DNA from: Syntrophales bacterium
GTDB lineage: Bacteria; Desulfobacterota; Syntrophia; Syntrophales; UBA8958
DNA length: 64,000 nt
NCBI GenBank assembly: GCA_026417625.1
Contig: JAOACW010000005.1
Location: forward strand, 64,456-128,455
Direction: 5' to 3'
Shown here: piece after piece, positions 41,770-50,700 of the stretch
Layout of the letters: each line of letters opens with the position of its first letter
Position numbering within the stretch: position 1 is the first letter of the stretch
Notes under the pieces: model-generated
Seen by the model: only the letters and a program-made list of their open reading frames with translations
Told to the model about the DNA's origin: nothing
The model's database searches: none
Program-made: the position numbers and the translations under genes

Positions 41770-42158
41770 TCTTCTTCCTCTTTGGGTGTGACGTATTTGT
41801 ACCAGTTTTTCTCAATGTCTCTGTACTGTGCTCTTGCGAAACGCTGTGGGAAGTCCTCTCTTGATAGGTATTGAAGGGTATCTCTTTTGAAGGATTCCAG
41901 AAGTTCCTCAAAGACTCTATCTTTGTCTTCGACCTTTACGAATGTGCGTTCTTTACGGTACTCATATAAACCCGTCTGCCCTAAAGTTTTGACGGTCTTT
42001 TCGTAATGCTCTTTCTGTAAAAAATACGAGGGCTGGAAAGGTACCTCTATCTGAGCCGCAAGTTCCACCCTATACGTGTCTTCTGCTATTTTTCTGGTGC
42101 GATCCCAAATTTCAAGGATAAGCCCGTTAGGAAGAGGAATCCTTTCGTGAAGTTTCAT
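41766..42158 (-). CDS. Hypothetical protein (130 aa), translationally coupled to the radical SAM gene
   Basis: ORF with a 4-nt overlap to the downstream gene. Acidic C-terminus (PKEEEE). No family recognised. Confidence 0.5.
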   Translation of the reverse strand: MKLHERIPLPNGLILEIWDRTRKIAEDTYRVELAAQIEVPFQPSYFLQKEHYEKTVKTLGQTGLYEYRKERTFVKVEDKDRVFEELLESFKRDTLQYLSREDFPQRFARAQYRDIEKNWYKYVTPKEEEE

Positions 42159-42206
42159 TTAATTACACCCTCCCATTTGTTTTACGTGCCTTTATCATCT
42201 TTGGTC

Positions 42207-42235
42207 TTGACCTGCAATGTCATTCCATCTATAGT
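42207..42235 (+). promoter_or_regulatory. Sigma70-type promoter for purU
   Basis: TTGACC (42207-42212), 17-nt spacer, TATAGT (42230-42235). About 50 nt upstream of the purU ATG, which has SD GGTGAGAGG. Confidence 0.5.
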
Positions 42236-42286
42236 CGAGAACCTATTTAAAGCGAAAAAGTTCTTTTTGTCAAAAGGTGAGAGGCG

Positions 42287-43150
42287 ATGGAATCGGCTGA
42301 TAATGCCAATGCTATACTTCTCCTCTCTTGTCCGGATCGGAAGGGTTTAGTGTACAATATTTCCAATTTCATATACCGGCATAACGGTAATATTGTGCAC
42401 GCAGCACAACACACCACGGCAAGCAAGATATTTTTCATGCGTGTTGAGTGGGAGTTGAAAGATTTTGCAATACCTCGGGAGGAGATAGGACTAGTCTTTC
42501 GCCACGTGGCGAAACAATTAGATATGAGATGGGAACTTCATTTTACAGATGAGGTACAAAAATTAGCAATTTTCGTATCTCGTCATCCTCATTGTCTGTA
42601 CGACCTTTTGCTCAGACATAGAATGGGAGAGTTTCGTGCTGAGATTCCTGTGGTGATTAGTAATCATCCAGATCTTGAGTCTGTGGTAACTCAATTCGGT
42701 TTGAAGTTTTTCTATTTCCCCAAAACTCCGGATAACAAAAGGGAACAGGAAGAAAAAGAGCTAAAGATTCTGCAGGACATGGGAATAGACTTGATCGTTT
42801 TGGCCCGTTACATGCAAATCTTTACAAAGGATTTTGTTTCTCGGTACCCAAATAAAATGATAAATATACACCACTCGTTCCTACCGGCTTTTGTGGGCCC
42901 CAAACCATACCACCAGGCGTATGAAAGGGGGGTTAAAGTTATCGGGGCTACGAGCCACTATGTGACGGAAAATCTAGACGACGGACCTATTATTGCTCAG
43001 GACGTGATAAGGATTAGTCATCGTGATTCTGTGGAAGATATAATGCTGAAAGGAAAGGATCTTGAAAGGATTGTTTTGGCCCGGGCCGTTCGTCTGCACC
43101 TGGAACATCGCATCCTTACCTATGGATCAAAGACAATTGTCTTTGAATGA
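42287..43150 (+). CDS. purU: Formyltetrahydrofolate deformylase
   Basis: N-terminal ACT domain (ILLLSCPDRKGLVYNISNFI) and formyltransferase core (NIHHSFLP, ATSHYV...LDDGPII). Confidence 0.9.
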   Translation: MESADNANAILLLSCPDRKGLVYNISNFIYRHNGNIVHAAQHTTASKIFFMRVEWELKDFAIPREEIGLVFRHVAKQLDMRWELHFTDEVQKLAIFVSRHPHCLYDLLLRHRMGEFRAEIPVVISNHPDLESVVTQFGLKFFYFPKTPDNKREQEEKELKILQDMGIDLIVLARYMQIFTKDFVSRYPNKMINIHHSFLPAFVGPKPYHQAYERGVKVIGATSHYVTENLDDGPIIAQDVIRISHRDSVEDIMLKGKDLERIVLARAVRLHLEHRILTYGSKTIVFE

Positions 43151-43980
43151 GTTCTTCTAAAATGGAACAAAGTTCATACATTCATCTCTGCCAGCCTGGA
43201 AAAGACAAATCCTGTGCAGCTTGTTGTGGTCTTTACAACTATGTGGATAGTTCTCGGGAAGCTTTAACAGAGAGGCTAAAAAATAGAACGAAAATTTTTT
43301 CGTCGATAAGGGAGCCTGATCTTGAAGAATTGGCAAAGTTTTCAGCATGCTTACGGTCTTTTGAGGATCAGAGAAGACGGTACGAGGTTATTTACTGTTG
43401 CGAGTTTCTTGGGTTTCTGGACGAAGAGATGAAGAGGGTTGGGTGTCTCATTCATCCCTTCCAGAACAAAGGTAAGGATTTGAGAGAAATTTCTTTCTAT
43501 GGCCGTGAGCTATGTGCAGGTCACTTCTGCCCGAGTTTCCATTATCTGTCCCCATTGGAAAAAAAGGTGGTCGTTGATGTTCTCGACGATTGGTATGTGT
43601 ACGGTCTTGTCGTTACGGATATAGATTTTGTGAAGGAATTTTTCCGACATCTGAGTGATGCTATCGGAGAAACCCCGAAGGAAGAGGCTTTTCAAGACGA
43701 CGAGCTGAAGAAGTTAGTTAAAGATTATTTGGAGCTTAAGATAAATTGGCCATTTAGAAGTGAAGATGCGAAGCGATTCGGGCAGTTTTACTTCGATGGT
43801 TCACAGTATATGATCAAATTTATAGATTACAAGTCATTGGGATTGGAAAGATCCCGTTTTGACAGGATGTTTCTCTCTCTGTCTTCTGATTTTAGAAGTG
43901 CGGAAGATGTCCTTAGGGCTGAAGAAATTATTTCCCATTATATTATCTCTTTTGCTACAACTTACGTAAAGAAGTTTTGA
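43147..43980 (+). CDS. Hypothetical cysteine-cluster protein (C-x8-C-x2-CC N-terminal motif)
   Basis: The ORF overlaps the purU stop by 4 nt. Cys motifs are LCQPGKDKSCAACCG, YCCEF, GCLIHP and CAGHFCPS. Only a loose resemblance to CxxCxxCC (YkgJ-type) proteins. Confidence 0.55.
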   Translation: MSSSKMEQSSYIHLCQPGKDKSCAACCGLYNYVDSSREALTERLKNRTKIFSSIREPDLEELAKFSACLRSFEDQRRRYEVIYCCEFLGFLDEEMKRVGCLIHPFQNKGKDLREISFYGRELCAGHFCPSFHYLSPLEKKVVVDVLDDWYVYGLVVTDIDFVKEFFRHLSDAIGETPKEEAFQDDELKKLVKDYLELKINWPFRSEDAKRFGQFYFDGSQYMIKFIDYKSLGLERSRFDRMFLSLSSDFRSAEDVLRAEEIISHYIISFATTYVKKF

Positions 43981-44008
43981 GTTTGATTGACGATGTTTAG
44001 AATTTCTG

Positions 44009-44037
44009 TTGACATAAAATGCATGCTGATTTTTAAA
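44009..44037 (+). promoter_or_regulatory. Possible sigma70-type promoter for hpt
   Basis: TTGACA (44009-44014), 17-nt spacer, TTTAAA (44032-44037). The -10 element is weak. Confidence 0.3.
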
Positions 44038-44073
44038 AAGGCATAAGAGTTTTAAGAAAAGGAGGGTTTGATA

Positions 44074-44601
44074 ATGGAGAAGACGCAGAAGGAAATCCTC
44101 TACTCACGGGAGGATATAAAAAAACGTGTTGAGGAACTTGCCAGACAGATTAATGCGGATTATAAGGGGAAAGATCCGGTCATCATAGGTATTCTGAAAG
44201 GTGCCTTTGTATTCATGGCGGATCTGATTCGTCATCTGGAAATTCCCTGTACAGTGGACTTTATTAGGCTTGCGAGCTATGGCTCAGGATCCATCTCTTC
44301 GGGAGAAATAAAGGTTACAAAGGACATAGAGACGGATATAAAGGGTAAAGATGTGCTTGTAGTAGAGGATATCATTGATACGGGTTTAACTCTCCGGTAT
44401 TTGGTTGATCTTCTCAGAGAAAGGGGACCATCTTCGCTTAAAGTATGTGCCCTTATAGACAAACGTCTCCGTAGACGAGTGGAATTCGAGGCGGATTACG
44501 TCGGTTTCACCATGGATGATGGTTTTGTTGTCGGTTATGGTCTCGACTATAATGAACAAGACCGTAGCCTGCCAGATGTCTATATAGTAAAAAATGTGTA
44601 G
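44074..44601 (+). CDS. hpt: Hypoxanthine phosphoribosyltransferase
   Basis: PRPP-binding motif VLVVEDIIDTGLT. ATG at 44074 follows GGAGGG. Confidence 0.9.
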   Translation: MEKTQKEILYSREDIKKRVEELARQINADYKGKDPVIIGILKGAFVFMADLIRHLEIPCTVDFIRLASYGSGSISSGEIKVTKDIETDIKGKDVLVVEDIIDTGLTLRYLVDLLRERGPSSLKVCALIDKRLRRRVEFEADYVGFTMDDGFVVGYGLDYNEQDRSLPDVYIVKNV

Positions 44602-44626
44602 TTACAACCCTAAGTAGGATTTAGTG

Positions 44627-45412
44627 ATGGTAATCGAGTGTGCAAAATGTAAGACGAAGTACCGATTTGATGAAACTCAAGTGGAAGAAAACATTGGTTT
44701 CTGGGTTAGGTGTACGCGCTGTGGTGAAGTTTTTTTCCAATTGAGGGATGGTATACCGAACTTTCAAAGAGAAACGATACATCACGAGGAAGAGGGTGGT
44801 CTCCAGGGTGATCTGTCTGATATTGAGAATGAGGCCGAAAGGAAGAGAAAAAAGCGCAAAATGTTTTGGCTGGGAATATCAGCTTCTATACTGATAACTT
44901 TTTTGGCAATGGGAACTGCGCTGTTTATGTTTTCCACTGAAGTGGAAAATTTAATGCGAGGGATATTACAACCAACTGCTTTTTTGTTTGAACCTCGCAC
45001 GTCACCGAAGGAGTCTTCTGGTCCATCGCAGATAAGGATTGTAGATTTACAACAGAGGTTTGTGTCCAATGTTTGGATGGGCAACGTGCGGGTTATTGAG
45101 GGTATGGCGAGGAATGAGGGTACAACTTCCCTTACGAAGATAAAGGTAAAAGCTGAACTATTTGATGCTGGAGGGGTACGAGTTATGGAGGGTTTCGCCT
45201 ACTGCGGAAACCTACTCACAGACAAGGAGCTTGGAACTTTAACAGCTGAAGAGATAAACAGAAAGCTATCCAATCCTGCTGGTTCTGATTTTCCCAGTAC
45301 GAGTGTCGCTCCTCGCTCTGCGATACCTTTTATGATAGTCATATTTGGTGAACCACAAGGAGTAACAACTGCTTATGTTTCGGCTATTGAAGCGGAACGG
45401 TTACTGCAGTAA
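44627..45412 (+). CDS. MJ0042-type zinc-ribbon / DUF3426 membrane protein
   Basis: N-terminal CxxC...CxxC ribbon (IECAKCKTKYRFD...VRCTRCGEVF), one TM segment, and a C-terminal domain with DUF3426-like strand pattern. Confidence 0.65.
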   Translation: MVIECAKCKTKYRFDETQVEENIGFWVRCTRCGEVFFQLRDGIPNFQRETIHHEEEGGLQGDLSDIENEAERKRKKRKMFWLGISASILITFLAMGTALFMFSTEVENLMRGILQPTAFLFEPRTSPKESSGPSQIRIVDLQQRFVSNVWMGNVRVIEGMARNEGTTSLTKIKVKAELFDAGGVRVMEGFAYCGNLLTDKELGTLTAEEINRKLSNPAGSDFPSTSVAPRSAIPFMIVIFGEPQGVTTAYVSAIEAERLLQ

Positions 45413-45420
45413 TAGACGAA

Positions 45421-45957
45421 CTACCGTTTTCGGCTGTCGTAAATTTTAATGATCCTGTCGGTGATATCAATTGCTTCGTTAGCTGTTACGATAGCACTTC
45501 TCTCAAATATTGCTGTAAACTTTTCATTACGTGCAAAGTCCCTTACGATGGTGACAATCTCTTCGAGGAGTTTTCTACTCAACTCCATGTCCCGTCTCCG
45601 TAATTCTTCGTCTACATCTTGTTTTAAATAGGTCAATTCCCGTTGGGCCTGCTTGAGTGCTTTTATTTTTTCGTTGCGCTGTGCTTCCTCTTTTCGGGGG
45701 TCCAACTTGTTTATTTCTTCTTCGAGATTTTTAATAGCTTTTTCTTTGTTCATCACCTGCGTTCTCTTTTCTTCCAGTTCCTTTTCGAAAGTCGCTCTCG
45801 CAGCTTTGGCAGCTTTTGAATCCCTGAGAATTCGTTGTATATCCACAATGCCTATCTTTACGGGACCGATGCTGCTTTGGTCTTTCTGAGCAGCTTTAGC
45901 CATGGATAACGGTAGGAGCAGAAAAATGAAAAACAGAGCTAAACTTAACTTCCTCAT
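45421..45957 (-). CDS. OmpH/Skp-family periplasmic chaperone
   Basis: Signal peptide (MRKLSLALFFIFLLLPLSMAKA), KIGIVDIQRIL start of the mature region, and a long K/E-rich coiled-coil arm. ATG at 45957 follows GAGGTG. Confidence 0.75.
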   Translation of the reverse strand: MRKLSLALFFIFLLLPLSMAKAAQKDQSSIGPVKIGIVDIQRILRDSKAAKAARATFEKELEEKRTQVMNKEKAIKNLEEEINKLDPRKEEAQRNEKIKALKQAQRELTYLKQDVDEELRRRDMELSRKLLEEIVTIVRDFARNEKFTAIFERSAIVTANEAIDITDRIIKIYDSRKR

Positions 45958-46140
45958 TGTACACCTCACGTAGTGTCAAAATTTCTCCAAAATGATAGAA
46001 CTTGACATGGTGGAAAGTTATAGTGTAACGTAGTTCTCAAAATCCATTTGTTTTTTTTCAATGTTCAAATTTAAAAAGGTTAAATCCAACATTAATTCCT
46101 CTATCATCATTGCTTTCCAAAGTAAAGAAAGGAATGCCCC

Positions 46141-47769
46141 ATGAAGAAAATCCCCTTTTGTGTTGTGGTATTTACCATCCTGGTATCTTTAACTTTTGTT
46201 TTTGTTCCAGCTATGCGCTCTTATGGTCAGGAACAAAGTCCTAGTCTCCGGGAGGGAATCGAACAGTACAGGGAAGGCAGCTACGAAGAAGCGATTGAAA
46301 TACTTGAGAAAGTCCGTTCGAAAGACCCCACGTCTTCGACGGCAGCGTTCTTTCTGGGACTAGCTTATAAACAAGCTCAGGATTATGCGAAGGCTCTAGT
46401 CAATTTTCAGGATGCGGCACAGCTGAAGCCGCGCATAAAAGAGGCTTTTGTAGAGATTATAGACTCCCTGTACCAGCTGAACAGGATAGATGAAGCGAAG
46501 AGATGGATACAGATTGCCGAACAAGAAGGTGTGTACCCAGCTCGCGTAGCTTTTCTCAAGGGGCTTGTATTCGCCAAAGAAAACAAAAATCAAGAGGCGA
46601 TCGAAGCTTTTGAAAAGGCAAAACAGCAAGATCCCTCTCTCAGTCAATCCTGCGATTTTCAAATCGCCATGCTCTACATGAGGGAGAGGAAGCTAGATAA
46701 GGCTAAGGAGAGATTGCAGACTGTAATAACCCGTGATCCCCTTTCTGATCTTGCAACCTTTGCGAGGCAATACAAGGATATTGTGGAAAAAAGGATGTAT
46801 CTCGAGAGACCGCTTCGCTTAACTCTTGGTGTTTTTGGGGGTTACGATACCAATATAGTTACCAAGCCTACAAACGATGTTGTGGCCGGAGACATCACTG
46901 ATGAAAGGGGACGGGTACTTCAGAGTTATCTCCGCATCGACTACATTCCTGTGCTCAAGGATCCTTGGATTTTAAATGCCTCGTATTCAGCAACATTAAA
47001 TGTCAATCAGAAACACACCCATTCCCATGATTTCTTCGCTCAGACGTTCTCCCTTTCTCCGGGGATAAATTTCGGTCGTTTTGCTACTAACCTGAATGTT
47101 AGTTTCACGAACGTTCTTCTGCGAACGGATCCCGATACTTCGCCTCCACCGGATTCGAACCCCGGTTACAAACGATATTTGGATGATTTTTCAATAGGCC
47201 CGATTTTCCGTGTTCTTATCAGAGAGAACCACATTTTGGAAATACACGGGGGTTACGATAAAAAGGAATTCTACAATCAGAAAAAAACGTCATCTCGCAC
47301 GGACCGCTTCTGGGAAAACAACAGGGATGCCGTGGGTCCAAAAGCTTATTTAAGTTGGATTTGGCTCTTTACTGAGAATGCTTTTCTTAACGTTCGTTAC
47401 GATTACTCGAAAGATCACGCTGATGGTATGTACTGGGATAACGAGGGACATAGGGTAACGGCAAATCTCATTTTTCCCCTTTTATCCAGGGAGAAGCTGG
47501 CACGTTTTGGTCCTTTGAGCATGCAGGTAACAGCGAGTTACCTCTATCAGAGGTATACATATGAGCAACCCTTTCAGGATAACGATGGTTCCTCTAAGTC
47601 GGCAAACAGAAAAGACAAAAGTTTCACAGGAAGTATAGGAATCAATTGGGAATTTTACCGTAACACCAGTTTTATTCTTCAGTACACTGGAACAAATTGT
47701 AATTCGAATATTCCGGCTAACGATTATCATCGTAATTTGTACACTGCGGGAGTGGAATTAAGATTTTAA
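46141..47769 (+). CDS. Outer-membrane protein: N-terminal TPR domain plus C-terminal beta-barrel
   Basis: Signal peptide. TPR-like repeats from about aa 35-200 (YREGSYEEAIEILEKV, LGLAYKQAQDYAKALVNFQDA, ...). After that come alternating amphipathic strands (GVFGGYDTNI...). Terminal beta-signal NLYTAGVELRF ends in Phe. Confidence 0.7.
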   Translation: MKKIPFCVVVFTILVSLTFVFVPAMRSYGQEQSPSLREGIEQYREGSYEEAIEILEKVRSKDPTSSTAAFFLGLAYKQAQDYAKALVNFQDAAQLKPRIKEAFVEIIDSLYQLNRIDEAKRWIQIAEQEGVYPARVAFLKGLVFAKENKNQEAIEAFEKAKQQDPSLSQSCDFQIAMLYMRERKLDKAKERLQTVITRDPLSDLATFARQYKDIVEKRMYLERPLRLTLGVFGGYDTNIVTKPTNDVVAGDITDERGRVLQSYLRIDYIPVLKDPWILNASYSATLNVNQKHTHSHDFFAQTFSLSPGINFGRFATNLNVSFTNVLLRTDPDTSPPPDSNPGYKRYLDDFSIGPIFRVLIRENHILEIHGGYDKKEFYNQKKTSSRTDRFWENNRDAVGPKAYLSWIWLFTENAFLNVRYDYSKDHADGMYWDNEGHRVTANLIFPLLSREKLARFGPLSMQVTASYLYQRYTYEQPFQDNDGSSKSANRKDKSFTGSIGINWEFYRNTSFILQYTGTNCNSNIPANDYHRNLYTAGVELRF

Positions 47770-47799
47770 AATTATCAAGAAATTAGGAGTTAAAACCCC

Positions 47800-50700
47800 A
47801 TGATCAACAAGAAGAGATTTAAAATTGTTGGCCTTATGGTCATATGTTTACTGTTTACCGCAGTTTCATCTTTTGCCCAGACTGTAGGAAGAATCACCTA
47901 TATCGAGGGCAATGTGGATATTACAAAGCCCGGCAAAGCAGCGGTTCCTGTAAGGCTGGGGGATGGGGTTGATATAGGAGATATCATTCGAACTAAGTTA
48001 AAATCAAAGTGCGAGGTTACATTCACTGACGGAAATGTTCTTCGTCTTGCCGAAAATACCCGTATTCGCGTTACAGAATACACGATGGGGAAAGATGGAA
48101 CCTTGAATCTTTTCCGGGGAAAAATCCACAGTATTGTGAGTGCCACAGGTGTTGTTAAGGGTTCTCGATATGAGGTACATACACCTACGGCAATAGCTGG
48201 TGTGAGGGGTACGAACTTTTTCACCTATTTCCAGGCAGGTGTCACAGGTGTCATTTTTAAGGAAGGTCAGGGTTATGGATACAGCTTAAACAGACCTGAA
48301 GAGGTGGTAACGATCAAGGCCGGTCAGACTATGATTGTTGTTGATCCGAGTCAGCCGCCTGTATTGAGGGCTGCGACACCTCAAGAAATAGAGAAACATA
48401 CTCAAGATACAGCCCCTGCTGAAAAGAAAAAAGAGGAAGCTAAGAAAGAGGAAAAAAAAGAGGAAGCACCCTCTGTGAAGAGGGAACAAGCGAAGGAAGA
48501 ACCTAAAAAAGAGGAAGCGCCGCCGACCACTGCTGAACTAACGCCAGCACCTGCACCGGAAACGCCGGCGACGGAAACTAAGACAGTCACCGCGGTTCAA
48601 AAAACAACGCCTCCTCCTACTCAGCCCCTCGTGCCGGTAAAACAGGATACAACCCCCCCTGAAATTACTATCGTGTCAACCCAAGCAGAGCCAACCACTG
48701 GTTACAGGTTGTCGAATGTGGATGTTTCCCTCTCCAGTAACGAGGATGCGACGTACTATTACCGTATAGATGGGAGTGATTGGACTGAAACACCTAAAAA
48801 CTTCACTCTTTCCAATCTGTCAGAGGGTGATCACACTCTGGAAGTCAGAGGTAAGGACGCAGCGGGTAACACGTCTTCTCCGAAGACACGCTCTTTTCAC
48901 CTGAGCCGTTACGATTTGAGTGGTATGTTTGTTATGAGTGGAAGTAATGTGCAGAACGGTGATGCTACGGGAAAGGTAGCAGGGGTTTCGAACGATAACT
49001 GGGGTGGTTGGGGAATAAAAATGGGTGGTTATGGTAACTATCCTACAGATTCTTGGAAAATACAAGCGGGTGGGCAGAGTTATGAGACAACCGCTACGAA
49101 TGAAGATGGTTACTGGATAGAAACAGTGGATGGGACTACAGATTACAATACCAAAAAACTTAAAGGCACCTCTGACTTTACTTATCTTTCCAAGGATAGA
49201 CGGGGTTATGGAACAGGAAAGACAGAGGGTTTCTACGAAGAAGCTGGATCCGTTTACCGTTACCAGCTAAATGATTCAGGTAAAGGCAAATATACGGAGA
49301 TCCCTCTGGTCTTCAGCGGTCTTGTTGACGCAAAGTATCATTACTTCGATGATGAGTCTTCAGAGGTGACCCCGGATGGAGGAAGTAAAAGCATTGTGGG
49401 TTCCACTGCGTCACCCTTTGAAAGCGCCACGGAAACTAATGTTTCCGGCAATGATGTCGATCTGTATGTAATGGGTAAATCAGATTCTTACCATCCGGCT
49501 ACGTGGTGGGGTCGTGTATCGGGGAGTTATGTCGGGAGCACGAAGCTACCTGATGGTTTTGTAGCGAGCAGAACATACGAGGACTTTATGGAGGGGATGC
49601 TGCTAAGTCTCTATGTAGACGGTTCAGGGAAGGCGGGCATACTTGAAGGTAAATTCGAAGGTTCTAACTACACAGGCATTTCTATGTTCAAGTCCACAAC
49701 AGGATCTATAAAGGCCACGTTGAAGGATACAGGATATACGAGCCAGACGACGGAAAAGAACTATATTGAAGGAACCTACTATGGTGATTTTTTACCAAAC
49801 GCTTATTATATACAAGATGTGGCGCAGGGTTATCTAGGTGCTTACACTGTACGATTGATAAAGGATTCTAAACCAGCTGCGTGGGGAATCTTCAACATGG
49901 AGCTTGGAGGTAAGTTCACGAAAGATCCTACGAATAATTGGCGTTTAGAAGCGGGTGGGACCAGTTGGTTAGGAAACGAGGATACAGAATACTGGGTTTC
50001 TAGGATCAACGGCAGTCAGTGGTCGTATGACGAGACGAAGGGTTACCGGATAGTGGGTGAATTTTCCGGCGGTCGTTATATAACCGAAAAGTCGCTCGGG
50101 GTTATAAAGGGGAAACTCCTTGGGAGTTACGAGATTGGCGATGGTTTTGGAAGCTGGGTGGCTGTTGGAATGGGAACCTTCGAGCGAACCCACGATTTAA
50201 CAAAAGCACCCAACTTCAGCAGTGTTCTGGAGGAAGGAAATCTTGCCGCTGTGGTTCCTGGAGATTTTTATGTGGGGATGTACAAGAAGCACTACTCACC
50301 GGAGGGTATGCCATACGAACACCACACCCTGGAATACGAATATGGGTACTTTAAAGATGGACAGGGTAACACTAAGAAAGGTTTCCGTTCAGAATATAAA
50401 GAAACACTGAAAAATGGTGAAGAAGTCGAGGAAGAATGGCATTACTATCACAATCAAACATATGTAAAATGGAATTATGACGCCGAACGTTTTGTGGAAA
50501 AGGGAGATGCTCCGAGTAATCTGGACTTGTCCACAGAACCACCAACCTCTAATAATTTCCCTGGTGGTGAAGAGGCTGGATACTATAGTGTTCACAAACA
50601 ATCATTCCCCACCAATAGTGTTCAACAGGTGGCGAAACTCGACGGTGTTATGGGTGGATTAGGGAACCTCTGGACAGCGAGTAAAGATCAGAAAAAAGGC

